In this document: positions 42,182 to 54,579 of the stretch, piece by piece
Numbering within the stretch: the first letter of the stretch is position 1
Layout of the letters: every line of letters begins with the position of its first letter
Assembly: GCA_015228925.1 (NCBI GenBank)
Contig: JADGCQ010000009.1
Span: 1,515-65,514, forward strand
Source of the DNA: Magnetococcales bacterium
GTDB taxonomy: Bacteria > Pseudomonadota > Magnetococcia > Magnetococcales > UBA8363
DNA length: 64,000 bases
Direction: 5' to 3'
The notes under the pieces: model-generated
What the model was told of the DNA's origin: nothing
Seen by the model: the letters and a program-made list of their open reading frames with translations, nothing else
Database searches by the model: none
Program-made: the position numbers and the translations under genes

Positions 42182-42982
42182 TCAATCATGACCTGCCCGA
42201 AAAACCTCGTCCAGAGACCGGGCGTCGAAGATGCGAAGGCTCCATTCTTCCAGGGAGGAGAGATCGGCCTTGGAAAGACTTTCGCAGACCCAGGCGGGGA
42301 GGTCGCCAAAACGACGTTGCAACTGGCGCGTCAGCATCTTTGCCTCGCCTTTCTTTTCTCTATCCCGATGAAACACCTCCAGTCGATGCTTCAATTTCGG
42401 CAAGGAAAAAAGCTCCTCCTCCGGCATTGCATCCACCATGGACTTGAACAATTTTTTCTCGAATTGCATCACATACTCTGGCGTGATCCCTTCCATCTCA
42501 GGACTATTCAAGGCATTTTTCATTTTTAACCTCCATAAACCGACGACAATCTGACCAAATGCCACGGAGATCGAGGTCTCGCAACCCATCCGCCAAACGC
42601 AGACATTGTTCTTGGGTCCACCCTCTTGCGCCAACCTCTTTGCGCTGAATCAGAATGAGATCCGCAATGGGTGGGGCGGGAACGACTGGAACTTCCGTCC
42701 GTACCTCGATGCCAACAGGCTCCAGCAACACTTTCAGCGTCTCGCCGACCAAATGGTGCCAATGGGTTTTCCCGTCTTTTTCCAACAAATCGAAACCACT
42801 CCACCCAACCGAGGATACAAACGCCCATTCCGATGCGCGTATTGCAACTGAAAACCTTCTGTTACAGCCTCAAAGCCCTGCCGACCGTCCCGACCTGAAC
42901 GATCAAGCGCAAACAAATCCAATTCAAAATTTTCCGAGGCAACCTTCCCTGAATGACCCCGTACTCTTTCCGTGATCACCAT
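42182..42982 (-). pseudogene. frameshifted DUF4351-type (PD-(D/E)xK nuclease/putative transposase-like) gene
   Basis: The C-terminal ORF (42182-42634) ends LTRQLQRRFGDLPAWVCESLSKADLSSLEEWSLRIFDARSLDEVF, a DUF4351 pattern. The preceding piece (42504-42788) is in another frame and is joined exactly if one copy of a 7-bp duplication is removed. A third frame (42734-42982) may hold the N-terminus, but that is uncertain. Confidence 0.5.
42514..42527 (-). repeat. 7-bp tandem duplication (minus strand AAAAATG AAAAATG) causing the frameshift
   Basis: The plus strand reads cattttt cattttt. Deleting one unit fuses ...RRFMEVKN to ALNSPEMEGITPEYV... in frame. Confidence 0.85.
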
Positions 42983-42990
42983 TCCTCCCA

Positions 42991-44565
42991 TCACTCCCAC
43001 TCGATGGTTCCGGGCGGTTTGGAGGTGATGTCATAGGTCACCCGATTGATCCCCTGGACCTCGTTGATGATGCGATTGGATATTTTTTTCAATAAATCCA
43101 CCGGCATGGGATACCAATCCGCCGTCATGTAATCCCGCGTCGCCACCGCCCGCAAGGCGATGACATGCTCATAGGTCCGCCCATCCCCCATGACGCCAAC
43201 GCTCTTGACCGGCAAAAAAACTGCAAACGCCTGGGCAATTTTTTCATAATGGCCCGATTGGTGGAGTTCCTCCATATAAATATGGTCCGCCTGCCGCAAC
43301 ACATCGGCAAAGGCTTTCCTAACCTCACCCAGAATACGCACACCCAACCCCGGCCCCGGAAAAGGATGACGAAAAACCATCTCCCTAGGCAACCCCAGTT
43401 CCAATCCAACTTGGCGTACCTCATCCTTGAACAATTCCCGCAACGGCTCCAACAATTTCAACCCCATCCGCTCCGGCAATCCCCCCACATTATGATGCGA
43501 CTTGATATTGGTCGCCACACCCGTCTTTCCCCCAGCCGATTCAATGACATCGGGATAAATCGTCCCCTGAGCCAACCAGCGAACGCCAGGAATCTTCCCC
43601 GCCTCCTCCTCAAACACTTCAATGAACGTATGGCCAATGATTCGGCGTTTTTGTTCAGGATCGGTCACCCCCGCCAACCGTCCCAAAAATCGATCCTGGG
43701 CCTGAATGTGCAACACCCGGACACCCATGTGTTTGGCAAAGGTGGCCATGACCTCCTCCCCCTCGTGCAAACGCAGCAAACCATTATCCACAAACACACA
43801 GGTCAACTGTTCCCCCAAAGCCCGATGGGCCAAGGCCGCCACCACCGAAGAGTCCACCCCCCCCGATAGCCCCAAGACCACATGGTCCGAGCCAATTTTT
43901 TCGCGGATGGCGGCAATCTCATAGTCGATAAAACCAGAAGCGGTCCACAAACCATGACCACCGCAAACATCCCGCACAAAACGGTTGATCAAAGCCGCCC
44001 CATTCTCCGTATGATCCACTTCGGGGTGAAACTGGACGCCATAAACCTCGCGCGTCGTCGATTCGATGGCGGCAACCAACCCCCCCGCACTCCGTGCCGT
44101 CACCACAAATTCTTGGGACACCTCAACCACATGATCACCATGGCTCATCCAGACCTGAGGACCACGATTCTCCTGAAACCAATGGCCAAAAAGCGGCTTT
44201 CGATGGGTCTCCTCGCCAGTGGCATGTAATTGCGCCGCCCCATACTCACGCTTGTCGGACGCCTGGACCACACCGCCACACGCCCGCGCCAACAGGTGCA
44301 TCCCATAACAAATCCCCAAAACCGGCACCTTGAGTTCAAGAACCGCCTGGCGCAAATCGGGTGCGCCGGTGTCATAGACCGAACGATGCCCGCCGGAAAG
44401 GATAATCCCCAAGGGGTTGAATGCGCGGATCGCCTGGTCATCCATCGACCAGGGGTGAATTTCACAATAACTCCCGCACTCCCGAACCCGTCGGGCGATG
44501 ATTTGGGTATATTGCGATCCGTAGTCCAGAATTAAAAATTTTTCGGCATGTATGGCGTCGGTCAT
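42991..44565 (-). CDS. guaA: GMP synthase (glutamine-hydrolysing)
   Basis: The N-terminus [21 protein letters not shown] is the GATase domain, SGGVDSS is the ATP-PPase P-loop, and the C-terminus is PPGTIEWE. I trimmed to ATG 44565; the track ORF extends into guaB. Confidence 0.9.
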   Translation of the reverse strand: MTDAIHAEKFLILDYGSQYTQIIARRVRECGSYCEIHPWSMDDQAIRAFNPLGIILSGGHRSVYDTGAPDLRQAVLELKVPVLGICYGMHLLARACGGVVQASDKREYGAAQLHATGEETHRKPLFGHWFQENRGPQVWMSHGDHVVEVSQEFVVTARSAGGLVAAIESTTREVYGVQFHPEVDHTENGAALINRFVRDVCGGHGLWTASGFIDYEIAAIREKIGSDHVVLGLSGGVDSSVVAALAHRALGEQLTCVFVDNGLLRLHEGEEVMATFAKHMGVRVLHIQAQDRFLGRLAGVTDPEQKRRIIGHTFIEVFEEEAGKIPGVRWLAQGTIYPDVIESAGGKTGVATNIKSHHNVGGLPERMGLKLLEPLRELFKDEVRQVGLELGLPREMVFRHPFPGPGLGVRILGEVRKAFADVLRQADHIYMEELHQSGHYEKIAQAFAVFLPVKSVGVMGDGRTYEHVIALRAVATRDYMTADWYPMPVDLLKKISNRIINEVQGINRVTYDITSKPPGTIEWE

Positions 44566-44573
44566 GGGGGGAT

Positions 44574-46073
<1,500 letters not shown>

Positions 46074-46106
46074 TTAGGGGAGAAAAATCCCCGGACCTTA
46101 AAATTA

Positions 46107-46298
46107 TTAAAAGAAAAAAGGGGTCTGGGGGATTGCCCCCAGGGTTTTGACTTTGTTTTTGAATTGAAACAAAAAGGTTTCCATGCCCTGCTTTTGACTT
46201 TGTTTCAATTCAAAAGCAAATTCAAAAACGGAAAAGGGAGCTTTTTGTTTAAAATCAAAACCCTGGGGGCAATCCCCCAGACCCCTTTTTTCTTTTAA
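46107..46298. repeat. MITE/PATE-like nested palindromic element, copy C
   Basis: Its TIRs are identical to those of copies A and B. The interior shares modules with copy B (GACTTTGTTTTTGAATTGAAACAAA; GGAAAAnGGAnnCTTTTTGTTTAAA) in a different arrangement. It lies between the rlmE stop and the guaB start. Confidence 0.85.
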
Positions 46299-46373
46299 TA
46301 ATTGAATTCAATTTCAATAACGTCCCAGCCCCAACTCTAGCACGGAATCGGCAAACGCCCAATAGCCCAAATC

Positions 46374-47024
46374 TCACGGAGCCGCACGAAATCCCACCCC
46401 CACCAAATACTGCTCCGCACTCCGATCCCGACTGGCCTGCGGTTTGATCACCTTGACCCGCTCAAAATCCAAACGGGCACGACGCACCGTTTCATGGAAT
46501 CCCGGCCCCTGAAACACCTTAACCACCAACGATCCACCCGCCCGCAAAGTCTGTCGCGCAAAATCATGGGCCGCTTCAGCCAATAATTCACCACGAGTCT
46601 GATCCGCCGCCGCAATTCCCGTCATGTTGGGTGCCATGTCCGACAACACAACATCCACCGTCCGACGCGGATGAATCGCACGGCCAAGATCCTCCAACGC
46701 CGCCTCCCCAAGAAAATCACCCTGAATGAAAATCACCCCCTCCAGCGGCGGCATCACCAAAAGATCCATCGCCACCACCCGACCCGAATGACCCACCAGA
46801 TTGGCCGCAACCTGACACCAACCCCCAGGAGCCGATCCCAAATCCACCACCGTCATCCCCGGTGCCAACAACCGCCCGGAAGTCCCCACCATGGCATGAC
46901 CATTCAATTCCAACAGCTTATAGGCAGCCCGAGAACGGTAACCATCACGCCGCGCCTGAAGGACAAAAGGGTCGCTGTGATGCTCACGCAACCAGCGACC
47001 ACTGGAAGGACGACGTTTAACCAT
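46374..47024 (-). CDS. rlmE: 23S rRNA (uridine2552-2'-O)-methyltransferase RlmE/FtsJ
   Basis: Supporting sequences are WLREHHSDPFVLQARRDGYRSRAAYKLLEL, VVDLGSAPGGW and VVLSDMAPN. Confidence 0.9.
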   Translation of the reverse strand: MVKRRPSSGRWLREHHSDPFVLQARRDGYRSRAAYKLLELNGHAMVGTSGRLLAPGMTVVDLGSAPGGWCQVAANLVGHSGRVVAMDLLVMPPLEGVIFIQGDFLGEAALEDLGRAIHPRRTVDVVLSDMAPNMTGIAAADQTRGELLAEAAHDFARQTLRAGGSLVVKVFQGPGFHETVRRARLDFERVKVIKPQASRDRSAEQYLVGVGFRAAP

Positions 47025-47038
47025 GGTCTTGCCAATGG

Positions 47039-47515
47039 TCAGCGATAATGAATTTCAATGATCTCAAACCGACGTAGACCACCCGGAGCATGAACCTGAA
47101 CCTGATCCCCCTCCTCCTTGCCAATCATCCCACGCGCCATGGGACTGGTGATGGAAATCATCCCCTGGTCCAAATCCGCCTCGTCAACGCCGACAATCTG
47201 ATAAGTGGCCTCCTCATCCGTTTCGACATCGGCCACCGTGACCGTGGCCCCAAAAACCACCTTGCTGGATTGAATCCGAGAGGGATCGATAATCTCCGCC
47301 GAAGATAAACTGGTTTCCAACTCCTTGATCCGCCCCTCGTTGAAGGATTGCTGCTCCTTGGCAGCATGATATTCCGCATTCTCAGACAAATCCCCATGCT
47401 CACGCGCCACCGAAATGGCCTCCACAATACGGGGCCTTTCCACCGACTTGAGCCGCTTTAACTCCTCTCGAAGTTTTTCCGCGCCAAGCACGGTCATAGG
47501 AGTCCTTTGGGACAT
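47039..47515 (-). CDS. greA: transcription elongation factor GreA
   Basis: 158 aa. Supporting sequences are [20 protein letters not shown] and the C-terminal [18 protein letters not shown]. Confidence 0.9.
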   Translation of the reverse strand: MSQRTPMTVLGAEKLREELKRLKSVERPRIVEAISVAREHGDLSENAEYHAAKEQQSFNEGRIKELETSLSSAEIIDPSRIQSSKVVFGATVTVADVETDEEATYQIVGVDEADLDQGMISITSPMARGMIGKEEGDQVQVHAPGGLRRFEIIEIHYR

Positions 47516-47583
47516 GATAAACCCACCCTTAACAGTTGATGATCAATGCCAAAAATGATACAAACCACCTGCGGCTTGATTGA

Positions 47584-50500
47584 TCAGTGTTGAATTTCCT
47601 GATGATAATCCTGGAGAGCCTTGCAACGAAAACCCGATTCCTGAATGGCCGCCATGGCCGCCACCGCCGCCCGCATCCCGGCAATGGTGGTAAAATAGGG
47701 AATCCGCCCCAAAAGGGCACTGCGACGCAAGGATAATGAATCGGCAAGGGCCTGTTTACCCTGGGTGGTATTGAATACCAGCAGGATATCGCCATTTTTC
47801 ATCATATCCACAATATCGGGCCGCCCTTGGTTGACCTTGTGGATCTTGGTGACTAAAAGCCCCTCCATACCCAGATAATGCGCCGTACCCTCGGTGGCGC
47901 AAATCGTAAATCCCATCTCGACCAATCTTTGCGCCGGTTGCAGAACCGCGCTCTTATCCTCATCCTTGACAGAGATACAAGCCATCCCCCGCACCCCGGC
48001 CCCCGGCCTGGGGAGAATGGTCCCCGCACTCTCCTGCGCTTTGGCAAATGCCAGGGCAAAAGAATCGGCCAGTCCCATGACCTCGCCGGTCGATTTCATC
48101 TCCGGTCCCAAAACGGTATCCACCCCCGGAAATTTTTCAAAAGGAAACACCGCTTCCTTGACCGCCATATGGGTAAATCGCGGCTCCCGCCCCAAACCAA
48201 TAGCACTCAGGCGTTCCCCCGCCATGATACGCGCCCCAACTTTGGCCAGAGGCACCCCGGTCGCCTTGGAAACGAACGGCACCGTCCGTGACGCCCGCGG
48301 GTTGACCTCCAAAATATAAACCGCCCCCTGGCAAATGGCAAACTGAACGTTCATCAGGCCAACCACTTTCAAAGCTTTGGCCAAAAGAACCGTTTGTCGT
48401 TTGATCTCTTCGATCAAGTCCTGACCAATGGAATACGGCGGCAAAGAACAGGCGGAATCCCCCGAATGAATCCCCGCCTCCTCGATATGCTCCATGACAC
48501 CACCCACCAAAACATCGTCACCATCGGCGATACAATCGACATCGATTTCAATGGCATCGCTTAAAAAATGGTCCAACAACACCGGATGATCTGGGGATGC
48601 CCGCACGGCGGTACGCATGTAGCGTTCCAGATCGCTTGCGGCATAAACGATCTCCATGGCCCTGCCACCCAAAACATAGGAAGGACGGACCACAATGGGA
48701 TAACCGACCGATGCCGCAATGGCCATCGCCTCGGCCTCAGAACGGGCAATGGCATTTTTCGGCTGCCTAAGCCCCAACGTCTCCAATAACACCTGAAATC
48801 TTTCCCGATCTTCCGCTTGGTCGATGGCATCGGGACTGGTGCCAATGATGGGGGCACCCGCAGCCTCCAAGGATTTGGCCAATTTCAAAGGTGTCTGACC
48901 ACCCAACTGGACGATAATCCCCTGGGGACGTTCGATTTCAACAATGTTGAGGACATCCTCCAGGGTCAACGGTTCAAAATAGAGCCGGTCGGAGGTGTCA
49001 TAGTCGGTGGAGACCGTTTCCGGGTTGCAATTGACCATAATCGTCTCAAACCCCGCCTCCTTAAGGGCAAACGCGGCATGAACACAGCAATAATCAAACT
49101 CAATCCCCTGACCGATGCGATTGGGTCCACCACCCAAGATCATGATTTTGCGGCGGTCGCTGGGGGCCGCTTCGCATTGCACCTCGTAGGTAGAATACAA
49201 ATAGGCGGTCTGCGATGAAAATTCAGCCGCGCAGGTATCGACCCGTTTAAATACCGGCTTCACCCCATGGCTGTGACGGACTGCCCGAATCTCCGCCTCA
49301 TGCGATCCCATGATGCGCGCCAAAGTCGCATCGGAAAACCCCATCCGTTTCAATTCCAGCCAGTTTTCACGAGAAAGATCCTGAGGATGTCTCCCATACA
49401 ACAACCGCTCTTTTTCGACGATCTGCTGAATCTGGTCCAAAAACCAAGGATCAATCGCCGTCACCTGGTGTATCCAGGCCAACGAACGGCCACACCGAAA
49501 CGCATCGGCCACCAGAAGAATGCGATCAGGGCCAGCAAAATGAAGCTGCCGTTCCAAAGCGGCATCCCGTTCCCCCTGGGAATCATACGGTTGTGCCGCA
49601 AAAATGGGATCAAAACCATCCAGCCCCGTCTCCATGGAACGCAAAGCCTTGTGCATCGATTCCTTGAAGGTGCGGCCAATGGCCATGGCCTCCCCCACCG
49701 ATTTCATCTGTGTCGTCAAGGTTGCTTCCGCCTGGGGAAATTTTTCAAAGGTAAACCGGGGAATCTTGGTGACCACATAATCGATGGTGGGTTCAAAGGA
49801 TGCTGGGGTAACACCTGTGATATCATTCATGATTTCTGGAAGCGTATACCCAACCGCCAGCTTGGCGGCCACTTTGGCGATGGGAAATCCGGTCGCCTTG
49901 GAGGCCAGAGCCGAAGAACGGGAGACCCGTGGATTCATCTCGATGACGACCATACGGCCATTTTCTGGACTGATGGCAAACTGGACATTGGAACCGCCCG
50001 TATCCACACCCACCTCCCGGAGAATGGCAATGGAGGCATCCCGCAATTCTTGATATTCCTTGTCGGTCAACGTCAGTGCCGGTGCCACCGTGATGGAGTC
50101 GCCGGTATGAATCCCCATGGGATCGATATTCTCGATCGAGCAAACGATAATCGCGTTATCATCCCGATCCCGAACGACTTCCATTTCAAATTCTTTCCAG
50201 CCAATCAGGGATTCTTCGATCAGCACCTCGCCGGTGGGCGATGCGGCAAGCCCGCGGCGCACGATGGCCTCATATTCCTCCATGTTGTAAGCCACCCCCC
50301 CCCCGGTCCCTCCCAAAGTATAACTGGGCCGGATAATCAAGGGGAAAGGGATCTGTTGATGGATCCCCAAGGCGTCATCCCAATTGTGGGCAAACCCACT
50401 CTGGGCCATCTCCAGACCAATTTTGGTCATCGCATTTTTGAATAATTCCCGGTCTTCCGCTTTGGCGATGGCGTCACGGGAGGCACCGATCAATTCGCAG

Positions 50501-50844
50501 CCAAACTTTTCCAGGACACCCAGTTCTGCCAGCTTCATGGCCAGATTCAGGGCTGTTTGACCGCCCATGGTAGGCAACAGGGCATCGGGTCTTTCCTGCT
50601 CGATGATGCGGGTGACGACCTCCACCGTCAGCGGCTCGACATAGGTACGATGGGCCAGATTGGGATCGGTCATGATGGTGGCCGGATTGGAATTGACCAA
50701 CACGACCTGATAGCCCTCTTCGCGCAGGGCCTTGCAGGCTTGTGCCCCAGAATAGTCAAACTCGCAGGCCTGACCGATAACGATCGGCCCGGCACCGATA
50801 ATAAAGATTTTTTTGATATCGTCCCGTCTTGGCATAGCCGTCAC
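47584..50844 (-). CDS. carB: carbamoyl-phosphate synthase large subunit
   Basis: 1086 aa, with duplicated ATP-grasp halves and an N-terminus [35 protein letters not shown]. Confidence 0.95.
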   Translation of the reverse strand: MTAMPRRDDIKKIFIIGAGPIVIGQACEFDYSGAQACKALREEGYQVVLVNSNPATIMTDPNLAHRTYVEPLTVEVVTRIIEQERPDALLPTMGGQTALNLAMKLAELGVLEKFGCELIGASRDAIAKAEDRELFKNAMTKIGLEMAQSGFAHNWDDALGIHQQIPFPLIIRPSYTLGGTGGGVAYNMEEYEAIVRRGLAASPTGEVLIEESLIGWKEFEMEVVRDRDDNAIIVCSIENIDPMGIHTGDSITVAPALTLTDKEYQELRDASIAILREVGVDTGGSNVQFAISPENGRMVVIEMNPRVSRSSALASKATGFPIAKVAAKLAVGYTLPEIMNDITGVTPASFEPTIDYVVTKIPRFTFEKFPQAEATLTTQMKSVGEAMAIGRTFKESMHKALRSMETGLDGFDPIFAAQPYDSQGERDAALERQLHFAGPDRILLVADAFRCGRSLAWIHQVTAIDPWFLDQIQQIVEKERLLYGRHPQDLSRENWLELKRMGFSDATLARIMGSHEAEIRAVRHSHGVKPVFKRVDTCAAEFSSQTAYLYSTYEVQCEAAPSDRRKIMILGGGPNRIGQGIEFDYCCVHAAFALKEAGFETIMVNCNPETVSTDYDTSDRLYFEPLTLEDVLNIVEIERPQGIIVQLGGQTPLKLAKSLEAAGAPIIGTSPDAIDQAEDRERFQVLLETLGLRQPKNAIARSEAEAMAIAASVGYPIVVRPSYVLGGRAMEIVYAASDLERYMRTAVRASPDHPVLLDHFLSDAIEIDVDCIADGDDVLVGGVMEHIEEAGIHSGDSACSLPPYSIGQDLIEEIKRQTVLLAKALKVVGLMNVQFAICQGAVYILEVNPRASRTVPFVSKATGVPLAKVGARIMAGERLSAIGLGREPRFTHMAVKEAVFPFEKFPGVDTVLGPEMKSTGEVMGLADSFALAFAKAQESAGTILPRPGAGVRGMACISVKDEDKSAVLQPAQRLVEMGFTICATEGTAHYLGMEGLLVTKIHKVNQGRPDIVDMMKNGDILLVFNTTQGKQALADSLSLRRSALLGRIPYFTTIAGMRAAVAAMAAIQESGFRCKALQDYHQEIQH

Positions 50845-50848
50845 CTGG

Positions 50849-52009
50849 TCATGAATGTTTGGCGTGACGCATCATCGTCACAAAATCGCCAAAAAGATAA
50901 TGGGCATCGTGGGGACCGGGGCTGGCTTCGGGGTGGTATTGCACCGAAAAGACCGGTAATCGATGGTGGGCAATCCCTTCGACACTACCATCAAACAAGG
51001 ATTCATGGGTTACCGATACCTCCTTGGGCAGTGAATCCCGCGTTACGACAAACCCATGATTTTGCGCGGTAATTTCGACAAGACCTGTTCGAATATTCTT
51101 GACCGGATGATTACCGCCACGGTGACCGAATTTCATTTTGGAGGTACTGGCCCCCAAAGCCAGTGAAAGCATCTGGTGACCGAGACAAATCCCGAATAGT
51201 GGGAGACCGGTTTGCAACAGCCGTTCGATCAGACGAATGCCATGTTTGACCGCCTCAGGATCCCCCGGTCCGTTGGAGAGAAAGAAACCGTCGAAACCGC
51301 CATCCAGGAGCTGTCCACCATCGACACGGGACGGCCAGATTTTCAGCTCACAGCCCGCCGAAACCAGATTACGCAATATATTATATTTGACGCCATAATC
51401 CACCACCGCCACCTTGCATGGGGGGAGACCATCTCCAGGCACCTCACCTTTGGGGTGCCAAACATTTTTTTTCCATGCTGTCAAACCATCCCGCCAAAGA
51501 TAGGGGGTTTCACAACTGACCTCACCAGTCAAGTCCATCCCGGCAAGCCCCGGCCACCCCCTGGCCTTGGCGACCAGAGATGCGGTATCAAAATCGACTG
51601 TAGACAGCACGCCACGCCGCGACCCCTGATCACGCAAAAGCCCCACCAGTTGGCGGGTATCGATCCCTTCGATCGCAGGAATTTTATGCCGGGCAAGGAA
51701 ACCGGCCAGATTTTCCTTAGCACGCCAGTTGGAGGGGACACGGGAGGATTCGCGGATAATGAAACCTTTAAGCCAGGGCCGACGCGACTCCATATCTTCG
51801 GGATTAATCCCAACATTGCCGATTTGGGGCGCGGTCATCGTGACAATCTGACCCGCATAGGAGGGATCGCTCATGATCTCCTGATACCCCGTCATCGAGG
51901 TGTTGAAACAGACCTCGCCGACCTCTTCCCCCGCAGCACCACAAGCCATACCATCGAAACGGGTGCCATCATCCAAAACCAAAACCGCTTTATCTACGCC
52001 ATGGATCAT
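50849..52009 (-). CDS. carA: carbamoyl-phosphate synthase small subunit
   Basis: The N-terminus is [13 protein letters not shown]...[10 protein letters not shown]. The GATase triad context is GICLGHQ...HPE. I trimmed to ATG 52009 ([12 protein letters not shown]) by colinearity with CarA. Confidence 0.9.
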   Translation of the reverse strand: MIHGVDKAVLVLDDGTRFDGMACGAAGEEVGEVCFNTSMTGYQEIMSDPSYAGQIVTMTAPQIGNVGINPEDMESRRPWLKGFIIRESSRVPSNWRAKENLAGFLARHKIPAIEGIDTRQLVGLLRDQGSRRGVLSTVDFDTASLVAKARGWPGLAGMDLTGEVSCETPYLWRDGLTAWKKNVWHPKGEVPGDGLPPCKVAVVDYGVKYNILRNLVSAGCELKIWPSRVDGGQLLDGGFDGFFLSNGPGDPEAVKHGIRLIERLLQTGLPLFGICLGHQMLSLALGASTSKMKFGHRGGNHPVKNIRTGLVEITAQNHGFVVTRDSLPKEVSVTHESLFDGSVEGIAHHRLPVFSVQYHPEASPGPHDAHYLFGDFVTMMRHAKHS

Positions 52010-52411
52010 CGCAGCCCACCCGTTGACCATCAGTTGATAGGAACCGCCACAGCCTGTTTGATCCATCCGCTCAAAGACCAAACAAACCACCCTATCAAAT
52101 CTAAACCCGTCCGGCCTGTTTGCCAACCAACAAAAAATGTTTGAAAGGCTTCATCGTTGGTTTCCACACCCCCCATGGGTTACTTAAAAAGGCCGGATGA
52201 TTCGCTGTAAGTATCGCCATCTGCTGACATGGCCAACGTAACCTCGTAAAATCGCCATACGGGGGAAATAGGCTTATGCCAAAGAGGAATCGACCTGTTC
52301 AAACAGGCTGGATCAATTTTCAGTCACACGATCGTTTCGTTGTGGATCGTTGGTCCATTTATATGATACATCCTCAGGGACAACCCGCAGGATTGAACAA
52401 GGTGGAAAATC

Positions 52412-52603
52412 ATGAGTCCAAACAATGAAGAAATCTTGAGCAAACCAGATCTGTTTGATTTGGCACTTCCAGCACTCATTCGAGCGCAAAAAAAAGCCTA
52501 TGAAAAGGCCAGACAGTGTGGAGGAACCGTTTGCATCTGGAAAGATGGTAAAATTGCAGAGGTTGATCCCACCACTCTCCTGGATGATCAACCACAACCA
52601 TAA
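52412..52603 (+). CDS. small hypothetical protein (63 aa)
   Basis: The ORF lies in an AT-rich island. Its composition looks protein-like (ALPALIRAQKKAYEKARQCGGTVCIWKDGKIAEV). I recognise no family, and a competing antisense ORF exists. Confidence 0.35.
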   Translation: MSPNNEEILSKPDLFDLALPALIRAQKKAYEKARQCGGTVCIWKDGKIAEVDPTTLLDDQPQP

Positions 52604-52660
52604 CAATCACCAAATTCATGGTATTTTAGTGTCTATCACAACCAACCAGGGGATACCAAA

Positions 52661-53890
52661 ATGTCTCTTTCAGAAAAGAGGTTACAACAACGGAGAAATA
52701 AAAAAAATGCAAAAAAACAATCGCGAAAGAAAAACACTATAGGGACATTGATAGGTTCTTACGGCAACATCCATGCCGCGATCAACGCACCTGTTCATGA
52801 ATGCCTTGTCAGTGAAACTCTGGAAGATGATGGAATTGGGAATGTATTTTTCAGCAGAAAAATGTTGAATGGTGACATTGCATTAGGTTCTTTTCTTATC
52901 GATATCTATTGTTTAGGCGTAAAGGATTCTTTTTTTAGAATCATTTCAGAGCATGAATATCAACATTTTATTGGAAATAGTCCGCAGAAGATGGAAACGA
53001 TTCACCCTGCATGTGCCAGGAAACTGATTGAAGGATCGGTTGAATTTGCGCACCAATATGGAATTGCTCCGCATAAAGAATATAAAACTGTCATGTTGAT
53101 ATTTGGCGATTTTGATTCTGATGTTTGTCCTTCAAGCTATGAATATGGAAAGGACGGTGAACCATTATTTATCCCCGGACCCTATGATAGCCAAAAGAAA
53201 ATTAAAGAAATATTTGAAAAAATTGGTTACGACGATCTCAGCGTGTTAAGGGGCGTTTCTGGTGAGCTATCGCCTGAAGATTTGGAGGGATTGGGACCTG
53301 ATTACGAGTATGTTAATTTTGAGATTACTGAAGATGCATTGCCCGATAAAAAACTCGATCAACTCACGGCAGCAGAGCGTGACGAATTAGACGCAATCCA
53401 TGACCAATTGACTTTGGGATCTCACAAAGTCATACGAAGATTGCAAGAATTCATTCAGAAGTATCCAGATATTCCAGTGCTGTATAATTATCTTTTTGTT
53501 TCATACAGTTGTTCAAACAATACAGAAAAAACTATCGAAACACTTGCAAAATGCATGGAATTATTCCCCGATTATTTATTCTCGAAAATTGCTCATTGCC
53601 ATCAAAAAATGAATGAAGGCGATATGGAAATTGTTCCAAAAGTTTTTGATGGAAGATTTGATCTCTCTTTCCACATCAAGGATAGAAGAACATACCATAT
53701 TTCTGAGTTTACAGGCTTTAATGCACTCATGGTTCGTTATTTTAAAATGATCGGAAAAGAAAGAATTGCAAAAAATTTTCTTGAACTATTGGAAAGAGTT
53801 GCTCCAGACCATCCTACCACCCAGAGTGCCAAACGCTTTCTCAATCCAGGACTTCTCCATAAATTTATTAATAAGATGCGAAATGTATGA
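52661..53890 (+). CDS. hypothetical protein (409 aa; basic N-terminus, helical-repeat C-terminal half)
   Basis: It is a long uninterrupted ORF in the AT-rich island. The N-terminus is KRLQQRRNKKNAKKQSRKKN. I can name no catalytic motif. Confidence 0.5.
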   Translation: MSLSEKRLQQRRNKKNAKKQSRKKNTIGTLIGSYGNIHAAINAPVHECLVSETLEDDGIGNVFFSRKMLNGDIALGSFLIDIYCLGVKDSFFRIISEHEYQHFIGNSPQKMETIHPACARKLIEGSVEFAHQYGIAPHKEYKTVMLIFGDFDSDVCPSSYEYGKDGEPLFIPGPYDSQKKIKEIFEKIGYDDLSVLRGVSGELSPEDLEGLGPDYEYVNFEITEDALPDKKLDQLTAAERDELDAIHDQLTLGSHKVIRRLQEFIQKYPDIPVLYNYLFVSYSCSNNTEKTIETLAKCMELFPDYLFSKIAHCHQKMNEGDMEIVPKVFDGRFDLSFHIKDRRTYHISEFTGFNALMVRYFKMIGKERIAKNFLELLERVAPDHPTTQSAKRFLNPGLLHKFINKMRNV

Positions 53891-54068
53891 AGAGGAAAGT
53901 ATCGCTTCAATGTTTTGCAAAATTGACCTTAGCAGGGGAGGCCAAACCTTCAATTGGCATCGGTCACCATCAACCATTTTGACACTCCGGGGCACAACCG
54001 TGTTGTCATGGACCTCATTTCATGCTACTAAAAATCAGGAATATCCCATTTAAAGAGGAGATGGTGTC

Positions 54069-54461
54069 ATGTCGTCTGTCGTTCGCAAGGCCATGCTTGG
54101 GGCATGGGTTCTTCTGGGGGGTACCCTCGCATGTACCGGGGTAGCCAATGCCGAAAATCGTGGTCAGTTAAGCTATGCCGATGATGTTCGTCCCATCCTG
54201 CAAATCCGTTGCATGGAATGCCATTCGGGCAACGGTGCCGGGGTCACCGCCAGCGGTTTGAACTTGGAAACCTACGAAGGCCTGATGAAAGGGACCCGCT
54301 TCGGACCCATCGTCATCCCCGGCAATGCCATGGTCAGCAATCTCAACGTCCTGGTGGAAGGACGCGCCGGTATCCGCATGCCCCACGACCGCAAACGGTT
54401 GACCTCCTGTGAAACATCGATCCTGCACGATTGGGTCAATCAAGGGGCCAGAAACAACTAA
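54069..54461 (+). CDS. secreted mono-haem c-type cytochrome domain protein
   Basis: The signal peptide ends in ...GVANA. There is a single haem-binding motif CMECH, in the context DVRPILQIRCMECHS. Confidence 0.7.
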   Translation: MSSVVRKAMLGAWVLLGGTLACTGVANAENRGQLSYADDVRPILQIRCMECHSGNGAGVTASGLNLETYEGLMKGTRFGPIVIPGNAMVSNLNVLVEGRAGIRMPHDRKRLTSCETSILHDWVNQGARNN

Positions 54462-54579
54462 ATCAGTCTTATGACACTTTAGGGCGTGGCGTTGGTGCCA
54501 GGGCTTGGTGTCCGGTGTGTAATCGCCGGAACGCCTTTGGTTTGCTGTACCTGAAACGACTCTCCAAGGATGGTGAATC

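Noticed and set aside
49267-50445. A 392-aa plus-strand ORF inside carB, and similar long antisense ORFs at 50557-51072, 51212-52144, 55789-56889, 19452-20447, 43165-43869, 33634-34356 and 62277-62945.
   Set aside because: Each lies entirely antisense to a gene with strong, motif-level identity (carB, carA, the phosphomannomutase gene, the alpha/beta hydrolase, guaA, fliH, kdsB). Their translations are Arg/Gly/Pro/His-rich low-complexity strings typical of shadow frames in GC-rich coding DNA. None has a start context or recognisable motifs.
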